From the NCBI GenBank assembly GCA_944392235.1, contig CALXVZ010000003.1:46788-110787 (forward strand): a stretch of DNA of 64,000 nucleotides, in the 5' to 3' direction. The notes under the pieces were generated by a model. The model was given only the letters and a program-made list of their open reading frames with translations. It was not told the DNA's origin and made no database searches. Source of the stretch: an uncultured Alphaproteobacteria bacterium. GTDB taxonomy: Bacteria > Pseudomonadota > Alphaproteobacteria > RF32 > CAG-239. Below, one piece after another: positions 1-11,966 of this stretch. A program made the position numbers and the translations under genes. Within the stretch, counting starts at the first letter, position 1; every line of letters starts with the position of its first letter.

Positions 1-138
1 GATTAACGGTATTGCAGAAAGTATTTTACATAAATATGCAAGATTACTTTGTATTTCTAAATAAGTTTTGACTTTTCTTATAAAGGTTCTAAGTTCTTCT
101 TAGGGCCTTTTTCTATATCATCGGCATTTTATATACAC

Positions 139-170
139 AAAAAAAGAGCAAGATTTTCTCTTGCTCTTTT
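139..170 (-). terminator. Intrinsic terminator after infC (possibly bidirectional)
   Basis: Perfect inverted repeat AAAAGAGCAAGA-5nt-TCTTGCTCTTTT, with a U-tract on the minus strand, just downstream of the infC stop. Confidence 0.8.
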
Positions 171-185
171 CTTTATTTTTCTTTT

Positions 186-725
186 TTAAGCTGGAGATAT
201 AATCATAAACATTTGCTTTCCTTCTAACTTTGGAGCAGCATCTACTTTACATACTCCTTCAAGATCTTCCAACAACCTGTTTAAGACTTCTTTTCCCATA
301 TCATTAGCGCTCATTTCTCTTCCTTTATAGCGCATTGTAAATTTTACTTTATCCCCTTGCTCTAAGAATTTTTTTGCTTGTTTTACTTTTACCTCATAGT
401 CATGAGTATCTATCATAGGACGTAATTTTAATTCTTTAATATTTACGATTTTTTGATTCTTTTTCGCTTCATTTTTCTTTTTCTGCATTTCATATTTATA
501 TTTTCCATAGTCTAATACTTTGCAGACAGGAGGATTTACTTGTGGGGATATTTCTATTAAATCGAGCCCTACTTCTTGAGCTATCTTTAGTGCTTCTGTT
601 ATTGAAACTATGCCTAAATTTTCCCCATTATAATTTATTAAGCGAACTTCTTTTGATTTTATCTCTCTATTTATGCGCGGTCCGTCACTTTCACGTACTG
701 GTGCATTTGTATTTTCTGTAGCTAT
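186..725 (-). CDS. infC: Translation initiation factor IF-3; probable non-canonical ATA start at 725 (ORF track starts at TTG 737)
   Basis: PRINREI..EVRLI, GLDLIEISP..PPVCKVLDYGKYKYE and KELKLRP..DTHDY motifs; GGAGG SD lies 5 nt before the in-frame ATA. Confidence 0.96.
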   Translation of the reverse strand: MATENTNAPVRESDGPRINREIKSKEVRLINYNGENLGIVSITEALKIAQEVGLDLIEISPQVNPPVCKVLDYGKYKYEMQKKKNEAKKNQKIVNIKELKLRPMIDTHDYEVKVKQAKKFLEQGDKVKFTMRYKGREMSANDMGKEVLNRLLEDLEGVCKVDAAPKLEGKQMFMIISPA

Positions 726-815
726 GACTGCCTCCAATAAAAAATTAATGTTACTCTCTTATATATAAGGAAATTTATTGTATTTCGCAACAAAAATCTT
801 TATTTAATTTTTAAC

Positions 816-1676
816 CTATAAAGCTTTTGTCATTCTTTGTTTTATTTGTAGCTGTTTGTAATTTTGAACCATCATCCTTTGTGCTTGTCTATAGTATTGT
901 GTGTGTGCAAATAGAACTTCACCATTCTCCCTATTAAACTCTACACCGACAAAACCTTTTGATATCATGTAATCTATTAATTCTAATCTTTCAAATGGTA
1001 TTGATACTCTTGGCTTAAAGCATGATAAGACACTATCCTTTTCTATAGGCTTATGTAACAATGAAATTTTTCCACCATCTGAGGGATCTATAGCTGTTGA
1101 AAATAAATTAAATCGACATGCAAAATACGGTCCCATATTCCAGCGATTTTTTCTATCTACTATAGATGTGCAATCTGTGCACCCTAATTTTTGGGCTTGT
1201 TCTATACGATAATTTATCATAATGGTATTTAGTGCATTTCCCCTATAATTCGGAAGAACAGAATCACCCCCCATTGATGCTATTTTGTTTTTCCCATTAT
1301 TTCTTTCTGTTTCAAAAAAATTATATTCGGAGTTGGGCAATTCTTCTTGCAATTCCTCTTTTGTTTCACAAACCCTAATGTAAGACATTCCTATTAAATG
1401 GTTTCCAACGAATACTCCTATATAGTTTATTTGTGTATTATTGAAAACCTCGTGGAAATACTCCTGACTATGCTTGTGAATAAAGCATTCCTCCCCATTT
1501 TTTAGATGCTTATATATGTTTTCAGAAAGTTTACCCATCTGCTCCGCATCATCGGGAGTTAATGGGCGGATATGATATTTTATTGGGTTTCTCTGTTTCT
1601 CGTTATTAACCTTGTAAAGATACCCTTGCCATACATCTTTGCCATTTATTACATATTTTTTTATTTCTGAAACCAT
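816..1676 (-). CDS. GNAT-family N-acetyltransferase with N- and C-terminal extensions
   Basis: IRPLTPDDAEQM beta1/alpha1 start; acetyl-CoA-binding motif A DSVLPNYRGNALNTIMI; later V..KNRWN motif. Confidence 0.7.
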   Translation of the reverse strand: MVSEIKKYVINGKDVWQGYLYKVNNEKQRNPIKYHIRPLTPDDAEQMGKLSENIYKHLKNGEECFIHKHSQEYFHEVFNNTQINYIGVFVGNHLIGMSYIRVCETKEELQEELPNSEYNFFETERNNGKNKIASMGGDSVLPNYRGNALNTIMINYRIEQAQKLGCTDCTSIVDRKNRWNMGPYFACRFNLFSTAIDPSDGGKISLLHKPIEKDSVLSCFKPRVSIPFERLELIDYMISKGFVGVEFNRENGEVLFAHTQYYRQAQRMMVQNYKQLQIKQRMTKAL

Positions 1677-1689
1677 TTTTCTTTTCCAT

Positions 1690-1717
1690 AAAAAATGAGG
1701 GGAGTTACCCCGCCCTC
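1690..1717 (-). terminator. Attenuator-type intrinsic terminator in the GNAT 5' leader
   Basis: Minus strand GAGGG(C)GGG-GTAA-CTCCCCTC followed by ATTTTTT, ending about 13 nt before the GNAT ATG. Confidence 0.75.
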
Positions 1718-1741
1718 TAATTTTCTTCTAATCAATTTAAA

Positions 1742-1822
1742 TCAACAGAATCTATTAATCGGCGGGATGGCTATATCCTGACGTTTCATTTTCATCTGTT
1801 TTATCATTATTGAATAGATCAT
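1742..1822 (-). CDS. Putative 26-aa leader peptide MIYSIMIKQMKMKRQDIAIPPINRFC (not in ORF track)
   Basis: ATG at 1822, TGA at 1744-1742, AGGA SD 7 nt upstream; its Ile-Pro-Pro codons are complementary to the terminator 5' arm. Confidence 0.65.
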   Translation of the reverse strand: MIYSIMIKQMKMKRQDIAIPPINRFC

Positions 1823-1851
1823 TTTTATTTCCTAATAAACATTTTGGGGGT

Positions 1852-1881
1852 ATTCTAAATTGTATATTGGTATTTTGTCAA
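1852..1881 (-). promoter_or_regulatory. Sigma70-type promoter for the leader/GNAT transcript
   Basis: Minus strand TTGACA (1881-1876), 18-nt spacer, TAGAAT (1857-1852). Confidence 0.6.
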
Positions 1882-1902
1882 TATATTTTATATATCTAAT
1901 AG

Positions 1903-4802
<2,900 letters not shown>

Positions 4803-6993
4803 AATCTATACCTAATTTAGATAAGATATCCTCGTTTTCATCCGTTCTTTGAGCTACAATCCAATCTGGAACCCAGGGTGAATGAGGTAATTTAGACATA
4901 GCTAACATTTTCTTATCCAAATAGAAACGTGGAGCATCTGCCATAATTGGTGTATCAATTGCACCTTGCATCAATACTACTTGTTTAAGCATTGGCAAGC
5001 TTAATAAATCATTTGCACTAATTGCTGAAACACCTTGTAATTGGTAACTTACATTTTTTGCAAATGGATTATATTCCTTGGCAAGACTTCCTTCATTTCT
5101 ACTGTAAGATGTTGTTTGAACGGTCTTGTTACCAATCATCTTTGAGAAACGTTGAGCTGTCTGCTCATTGTTTTGTGATAGAATAATTTTGCATGCAGTT
5201 GTTGATATCACTGTTTCCAAGTCATCTTTACCATATTTACCGGAAATTTGGCCTAAGTCTTGACCAATGAGCAAATATGATACTTTTTGACCACGTCCCA
5301 CCGCTGGTCCATCAATTACCGCTTTTAATTTTGGCATTTGTGGAAACTCGTCGAGCACAAACAATGCTGGGAATGGGCCCATTTTTCCATCTGTAGGATT
5401 TACTGAATTCGGCTTATTTGAAATTAAATATGAACTGATTAAATCTACAAATGTCGCACTAATTGGGTTTAATGCTTGGGCGTCTGTTTGGTTAACTGAC
5501 AGATATACAGAAATTGGTTTCCACTCTCCTGTTACAGGATCTTTCATTCCTCGCAAATCCTTAAACTGGATGTCTGAGAAACTTGTTCTTGCAACCACCG
5601 CAGAGTTCTTAAAAATACCAATACCTGTTAAACCTGTTGAAAGAACGGACCCTCTTTCTTTATCCGGCATCGCACTTAATGCACTCAATTCAGTTACACA
5701 ACGACGTGAGTAGCCATAATTATTTGCTTCTTCAACAGCGGCATCTAACAAATCTCGCATCGGATCTGCCATTGCAGCCATTTGATCTCCTTCTTCAAGA
5801 CGACGCTTAATTTCATTCGCTTGCTCAATTTGTGAAGATGTAATCCATTCCAAAATCATTGCCATACATGGTTCATGATTTACCCACTTCTCCGGGAGTA
5901 AGTTCCATGTTCCAATTGGCAAATAATTTTCTATTGTTAAATTGCCACTTTGCAAATCCTGAATTGCTCTTGCAGCATTTGCTCGTAATCCGCCTATGCT
6001 CATATCATCATAATATTGCATGAGCTCTGCTTTATCCTCAGCGGTCATTGAACCTTCATATATCTTTTGTATAAAGCGTTCATTGGCTAATGCTCTCTCA
6101 CACTTTGATGAAATAAAGTGAATAAAACCACAGAGTGCGCTACGACCTGTTTTAGACCAGTGTGGATCTGCTCCGCCTTTTGGATCTTCTACTAAAGTAT
6201 TACACATAGAATCGACATACAAGTCTCTATCAGGTCCTGGTTTAGGTAGAGCTCCTGGCGATAAAGGGTTCCAGCTTGGATAATACTCTCCTGTTGCTGG
6301 ATTATCTTCTTTACCCCAGTTAATAACAAATACTGGACCGACTTTGTTTCTTGCTCCTGTTGTTTGATAGCACAATTCCGGTTTTGGGTCATTCACAATT
6401 ATGCTTAATCCTTCAGAATTAAAAATTGTCGGTATCACAACTCCCGCTGTTTTACCTGTTCCCGGAGGTGCACAGCACAATGTTGATAATGTCTCTTTTA
6501 ATTTCAACATCCTACCTTGAAACTTACCAACAACCATACAAAAACCATCAAACCCTAATAATGGCATATTTTCAATATCTCGTAACGTAGCTATATGGGC
6601 CGAACCATGAATATTTGATTGGAATTTATATGGGCATTTAACACCACCTACAATCAAAATTGTTGGAAAAGATATAAATGGTAATATCGGCGGCCATAAG
6701 CTAATTTTAAATTCTCCACTATATTGGTATATTTTCCTGAACCATCTCATATACCAATCCCAGAGAAAACCAAAATCCATAAATGATTTCTTTAAAAATA
6801 GCCCTGCGATATCCATGCTCTTTTTAGATATTCCATTTTGCATTAAAAATGCTAATATAGGCGCTAGATACATTAAGACTATCGTGACGGCTACGGAAAT
6901 TATGAATGTTGTCGTCATCCATCTTACCGCATTGTCATATTCTTCCCACTCTTTTCCTCTTTCTTTTGCCATTTTTCCCTCTGTGTCTCGATG

Positions 6994-8310
6994 TTATGCC
7001 ATACTACGAATTAGTTTTTTTAACTTTTCTAAAGTGTTTTTATCAACCTTTTCTTCACAATTGTCTATTGATTTAGAAAATAACCGTATTTCTTTTGGAC
7101 TTCCTCTATTTATACGTGTTACATTTATATTCATATTATTCCATATTTCAAACATATCTTCTGCATTTATTATATTACCTGATTGTATTATTAAATATGA
7201 AACAATTTCAAAATTCATATCTCCAACTGCTAATTTTGTCTTTAATATATCTCTAGCTATATCTAATTTTCTCACAGGAGATATTCTATGACTACTTTCT
7301 GAAAACCATAATGGCTCCTCATCATTAAATTTTTCTTCATCTGCTAACCAATCCCCTATTTCCTTATCTACCAAGCACAGATATAATTGTTTTTTTGATA
7401 CCGCAATATAATCAATTGTTGTATTTTTAATTATTGCCGAAGATATTACATCATATCCTTTTTGATTTAATATATCTAATACTGGTGTATGTGATTCTTT
7501 ATTCGGAGTTCCTTGACTCAACTCTTGTTGCTTGTTCTTGTTTTGATTGTCTTTTTTGTTATTTTGGCTTATATCTTTATCTTGATATTTAGAAGGTGGT
7601 GTAGATTTTTGTTCGTTTTTTTCTTCCGGTTTTATAATTTCTGCTTCAACAACCTCTGGTTTATCCGTCATTAACGCAGATGGTATCTGTTCTTCTTGTT
7701 CTGGCTTTTTATCTTTCTTTTCAAAATCAAAATCTAAATCAAAATCGTCGTCATCAAAATTAAATAAAGCATGACTTAATGGGGCTTCTTGCTCTTTTTT
7801 AGCTGGCGAATATGATGTTGTTGGATGGGTGCTCATTGTCGTCAAATTACTGTTTCGATTTGACTGAAGCAGCGTTGCCGATGGTAATGGAGGACGTTTT
7901 ACTGGTGCTTTCTTTATTATCGGTGTCTTTTTTACAGGTGCTACTTCTTCGCTTATAGATTTTTTCTTAATAACAACTGGTGCTTGAGTTTTTAGTTTTA
8001 TTTTTCTATAAGCATATATAGGACTCATCACTATTCGCTTAACTAAGCGTTCCCACTTTAATAAACATAACCCTACCCATCCTGTTAGCCATAATGGAAT
8101 TGAACTTACAATGACTATAAAAAAACCTATCTCTGAATTGCTAATTGGGGCTCCGCTGTTCCACTTATATTTTAGCAAACGCCAATGTTCTGATAATAAA
8201 AGATCAAAATGCCAGTTTATAAGCAATAAAACTCGAATGCCATCTATGAAGATTATACTCCATAAATATCCTACTATTAATGTTTTTAATATTATTGTTA
8301 ATGGCTTCAA
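6994..8310 (-). CDS. Membrane-anchored protein: N-terminal TM domain, disordered linker, C-terminal NERD-like (PD-(D/E)XK-fold) domain
   Basis: TTG start with GGAGA SD; two TM helices; IDYIAVSKKQLYLCLVDK..GDW and SPVRKL resemble the NERD pattern. Confidence 0.6.
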   Translation of the reverse strand: MKPLTIILKTLIVGYLWSIIFIDGIRVLLLINWHFDLLLSEHWRLLKYKWNSGAPISNSEIGFFIVIVSSIPLWLTGWVGLCLLKWERLVKRIVMSPIYAYRKIKLKTQAPVVIKKKSISEEVAPVKKTPIIKKAPVKRPPLPSATLLQSNRNSNLTTMSTHPTTSYSPAKKEQEAPLSHALFNFDDDDFDLDFDFEKKDKKPEQEEQIPSALMTDKPEVVEAEIIKPEEKNEQKSTPPSKYQDKDISQNNKKDNQNKNKQQELSQGTPNKESHTPVLDILNQKGYDVISSAIIKNTTIDYIAVSKKQLYLCLVDKEIGDWLADEEKFNDEEPLWFSESSHRISPVRKLDIARDILKTKLAVGDMNFEIVSYLIIQSGNIINAEDMFEIWNNMNINVTRINRGSPKEIRLFSKSIDNCEEKVDKNTLEKLKKLIRSMA

Positions 8311-8364
8311 GTCTTTCTCCGATATCTATTCTTTCATACTATTCCTTTATTAGTTAATAAGTCA

Positions 8365-8856
8365 TTATTCTTTTTCATTTTCTTCTATTTTTGCAGCTAC
8401 TTGCTTACGAATATCTACAACATTATTGCCTAGATGCTGCTTCTCCTCTTGTTTCTCTATTTTTTCTTTTATTATTTCTTCTATACTTTTGTCTCTTCCT
8501 CCCAAATTTTTTATGGAAACATGTTCTACTTCCATATTTTTGGGACGTGTCAAACGACGATATAGTTTTGATACCGGCAAGGTTATGAGCTTGAATAATC
8601 CAAATTTGTATAATTTATAACTTAAACATAACCATACGATGGGGAGAATTAGTAATCCAAAACCTAGACTGCAATCTCTAAATGTATTAAATACTCCGCC
8701 TCTTTCCCAGTATTCATACATTATCCTATATGATTTTGAATCCAATATATCAAAAGCCCAAATTAATTTAAATAAAATTCTGCTTATATAAATTACTGCC
8801 ACTAAAACAATAATACTTATCATTATAAATCTTATGAGATTTTTTATTTTTTTCAT
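8365..8856 (-). CDS. Small membrane protein, paralogous to the N-terminus of 6994..8310 (likely start ATG 8856)
   Basis: Two TM helices; shares R.L....W.FD.L.S...R.....W..G with its neighbour. Confidence 0.7.
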   Translation of the reverse strand: MKKIKNLIRFIMISIIVLVAVIYISRILFKLIWAFDILDSKSYRIMYEYWERGGVFNTFRDCSLGFGLLILPIVWLCLSYKLYKFGLFKLITLPVSKLYRRLTRPKNMEVEHVSIKNLGGRDKSIEEIIKEKIEKQEEKQHLGNNVVDIRKQVAAKIEENEKE

Positions 8857-8866
8857 TGTATTCTGC

Positions 8867-10471
8867 CTATCTGCTAAATCTATATTCTCTAATTGCTTTT
8901 GCAAATTGCTTTTCTGTTAAAACAAATTCATCTTTTTGTGCGGCTTCGTGCCTTGATGATATCCCTGTTCCATCAAGATCAAATTCGTTAATCGCTTTCC
9001 CTATATTTTCAACGGCTTTTTTTGCTTTTGTATTTTTACTTCTTTTTTCTATATCTAGATTTATTATCTTATCTGTTTCAACTTTTGCAGCTTTACCTGC
9101 TTCGTTAATTGATATCAGATAATTTTTTATTGTTTCTTTTGTTAAATTTTCATCATTTGGATATGTTTCGTGTATTTTATCGATATTACCCATTATTTGA
9201 GAATAAATTTCTTTACTTCTATTTAAAATATGGGGTTTTACTACATCCTCACTATCTATCGCTTCTTTATTAATTTCCTTTATTTCTTTTATTGTTTTTT
9301 GTGCATCTTTCTTTATGTGAGAAATATCTGGCCCTCCTATTGCACTTTGTTTCAATGCTTCTAGTTTTTGTAAAATTTTTGTATTTGTAACGTTTTCTTC
9401 TCCTATTTCCGACGTAAGCGTATTTATGTATAAAACAACATCTTGCTTAAAGGCATCTAAATCATTACTGCGTTGATTTACCTTATTCTCTAAATTTTTT
9501 AAATTTCTAGAAAATGTTGGTGATATTACATGCATTTCATCATTAACAACCTCTTCTATTGTTGCCATTCGAACGGCTAATGTAAATATCTTTTCTTCTT
9601 TTGCAAAACGTCCGTCTATAATTTCTTTTTCTGCTCCTAGGCTATACTTATGAATAAATCTTGCTTCTGCAGAATGTGGATCATCCATTGCTTGATTATA
9701 TATTTGTTTTAATTTATTATAAAATTCAGGCTCTTTGTTCCAAGCATTCCACGTTGGGTTTATTCCATCTCTTTGCTTTGCTAAGTTTTCATTTAATTCG
9801 CATAGCTTTTCTTTTTCTTTTGCTAAGTTAGCCATTCTTTCTTTATGAAATTCACTTCCAATCATATAAATGTTTTTCTTTTTTTCTTCTTTGGGTTCTT
9901 TTACATCTTCTGATTTATATTTTGCAAACAAAACCCATTCTGCAAAATCTAAGGTATTATCAACTATTGTATCAATACTCCATGCATAAAAAGCCATAAT
10001 ACAATCATTCCAGAAAACTTCCATAATATTATCACCACCGGACTTACCTTTTGTTCCTCCTCTTTCTCTTTTAGGAGGTGTCACTCCCGATGATGTTTTT
10101 GTTTTGAAATCTTCTTTACTTTTAGGAGCTTTATTATCAAAATCGCCTATATCTGCATCTCCATATGCTCTTGATATTCCGTCAAAATGTTCACTTGAAG
10201 CTCCGTGATTATCATTTTCTTGGTTTGTTTCTTCTTCCTGTGCTTGTTCTTCTTGATTTTGAGCAGAATTGTCTTCTTTATTCTCTTCTTCATTTTCAGA
10301 ATTTTGATCGTTATTTTGCTCTTGATTTTCTGTGTCTTCCTGATTTTCATTTAAAATATCATTATTTTCAGAGCTTTCTGCTTGAAGATTTGCTTCTATC
10401 TGCTGTTCCATTTCTTCATTTGCTCTTCTTATTTCTTCATCTAATTTGTTTTCTTCTTTATCTTCTTCCAT
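8867..10471 (-). CDS. Hypothetical protein: acidic disordered N-terminus, aromatic core segment, helical/coiled-coil C-terminus
   Basis: 534-aa ORF with a GAGGAG SD; E/N/Q-rich first ~90 aa. Confidence 0.75.
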   Translation of the reverse strand: MEEDKEENKLDEEIRRANEEMEQQIEANLQAESSENNDILNENQEDTENQEQNNDQNSENEEENKEDNSAQNQEEQAQEEETNQENDNHGASSEHFDGISRAYGDADIGDFDNKAPKSKEDFKTKTSSGVTPPKRERGGTKGKSGGDNIMEVFWNDCIMAFYAWSIDTIVDNTLDFAEWVLFAKYKSEDVKEPKEEKKKNIYMIGSEFHKERMANLAKEKEKLCELNENLAKQRDGINPTWNAWNKEPEFYNKLKQIYNQAMDDPHSAEARFIHKYSLGAEKEIIDGRFAKEEKIFTLAVRMATIEEVVNDEMHVISPTFSRNLKNLENKVNQRSNDLDAFKQDVVLYINTLTSEIGEENVTNTKILQKLEALKQSAIGGPDISHIKKDAQKTIKEIKEINKEAIDSEDVVKPHILNRSKEIYSQIMGNIDKIHETYPNDENLTKETIKNYLISINEAGKAAKVETDKIINLDIEKRSKNTKAKKAVENIGKAINEFDLDGTGISSRHEAAQKDEFVLTEKQFAKAIREYRFSR

Positions 10472-10552
10472 TTTAGCTCTCCTCTAATCTATTTTGTTTA
10501 TATTAACACAAAATTAGAGCTTTGTCTACTTAAATAATCCCTTAATTTAGCT

Positions 10553-11596
10553 TTATACTTTTAATTTCTTTATGAATTCTCCAATTTTTTGATTTGCCTT
10601 TATTCCATCTTCTGGAGTAACTTTTATTAATCCAAAAAATTTTGGATGTATTTTTTCAAACTCTATTGGTGAAAACATTGCAGGATTTTTAGTCAAGGCC
10701 TTAAATGCACCTTCAGCATCTTTTTGAGCTGCCTTAAAATAATTTCCTATTAATTTCTCAACATTTATTGGAAAATTTTTTTCTTTTAGCTTTTTTATAA
10801 ATAAAGCCTTTCTTTCTTGTAAACTCATGTATTCTTCATACAATTCTTTTTTTATTCTGTTCTTTTGTAATATTTCTTTCTTCTGTCTGTAATTTACTTC
10901 ACAAATTTCCATATTTATTAGTATTTCTATGTATGATATTATTGACAATTGCAAGTCTGTATCTGTTAAACTTTCTGCAAAGTTCAAATACTCTTCATCT
11001 CCTGCATTCTTGGGTAATTTTTTCATATTTTCTGGATCATATCTATTTATGACATCCCAACAAGATATTAAATATTTTGCAATCTTCTGGCCTATACTAG
11101 GTTTATAATTTGGATATAACATATTTAAATTATAGTCTGTTATAGGCATTTTTAAATTTTTTTTATCTGCTAAAGCTGTTACACCATCTTGAAAATTGAT
11201 TACAGCTCTTGCCAATTCTTGTTCTTCTGCTTTTAATTGAGGCATTTCTTCTTTGGATGCTTCTTTTTCTACTTCCTTATTTATTTGCAAATTTGCAAAA
11301 TCATTCAATGTTTCTTCAGGTCTTATATTGGCAGGCATTTCTCCTTTGGATTTATTTTCTATGTCTCCTCTCTTTTCGTCCTCTATCTCTTCTTGCTCAT
11401 CATTACCAGTATCTGTTAAAAAACTATCTAATCCTTCTTGTGAATGTTGTTCTGCTTTATCTTGCTTATCCTGATTTATGAAATCATTTAACAATCTTGC
11501 AAACTCATCTTCTATTTTTTCCTTTTGTTCTTCTGTTTTTACTTGATTTTCTTGTTTAATAAAAGAATCTAATGTTTCGTTTTCTTCACTCATCAC
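10553..11596 (-). CDS. Hypothetical protein with acidic N-terminus and helical C-terminal domain
   Basis: 347-aa ORF overlapping the upstream gene's stop; codon usage matches other minus-strand genes. Confidence 0.75.
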   Translation of the reverse strand: MMSEENETLDSFIKQENQVKTEEQKEKIEDEFARLLNDFINQDKQDKAEQHSQEGLDSFLTDTGNDEQEEIEDEKRGDIENKSKGEMPANIRPEETLNDFANLQINKEVEKEASKEEMPQLKAEEQELARAVINFQDGVTALADKKNLKMPITDYNLNMLYPNYKPSIGQKIAKYLISCWDVINRYDPENMKKLPKNAGDEEYLNFAESLTDTDLQLSIISYIEILINMEICEVNYRQKKEILQKNRIKKELYEEYMSLQERKALFIKKLKEKNFPINVEKLIGNYFKAAQKDAEGAFKALTKNPAMFSPIEFEKIHPKFFGLIKVTPEDGIKANQKIGEFIKKLKV

Positions 11597-11888
11597 AATT
11601 TTCCTTTGTTAATATTTTAATTCTTTGGACTTCCTTTTCTTTTTTCTCATTAATAATGACTATACTCTCTCCTTCTATGGATTTTACTAATAAATATATT
11701 TTTCCGCCATTAATTTGGAAACTTTTTATTTCTGCAGCTTTTCCTGATACTTGAATATTTATTTCCTTAAAATCTTCTCCTCCATCTCTCATTTTATTAA
11801 GTATTTTTACAATGATTAAAAATGTGCAGATAATGATACTAATACTTAATATTATCACTATTCCTTTTATTATATTATTTTTTTCCAT
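11586..11888 (-). CDS. Small bitopic membrane protein divergent from rluD (DUF6476-like position)
   Basis: N-terminal TM helix then a beta-rich segment; AAGGA SD. Confidence 0.6.
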   Translation of the reverse strand: MEKNNIIKGIVIILSISIIICTFLIIVKILNKMRDGGEDFKEINIQVSGKAAEIKSFQINGGKIYLLVKSIEGESIVIINEKKEKEVQRIKILTKENCDE

Positions 11889-11966
11889 ATTATGTCCTTG
11901 ATTTTATCCTATGTTATGGTTTATTTTATATTAAAAATGATGAACATATATTTAACGTGATATTCT

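Noticed and set aside
2-64. Possible 3' end of a plus-strand gene at the window start
   Set aside because: Only 20 codons are visible and there is no recognisable motif
8326-8328. In-frame TAG as evidence of stop-codon reassignment
   Set aside because: TAG terminates well-conserved genes in this window (rpoH, tgt, gpmI) at their expected ends
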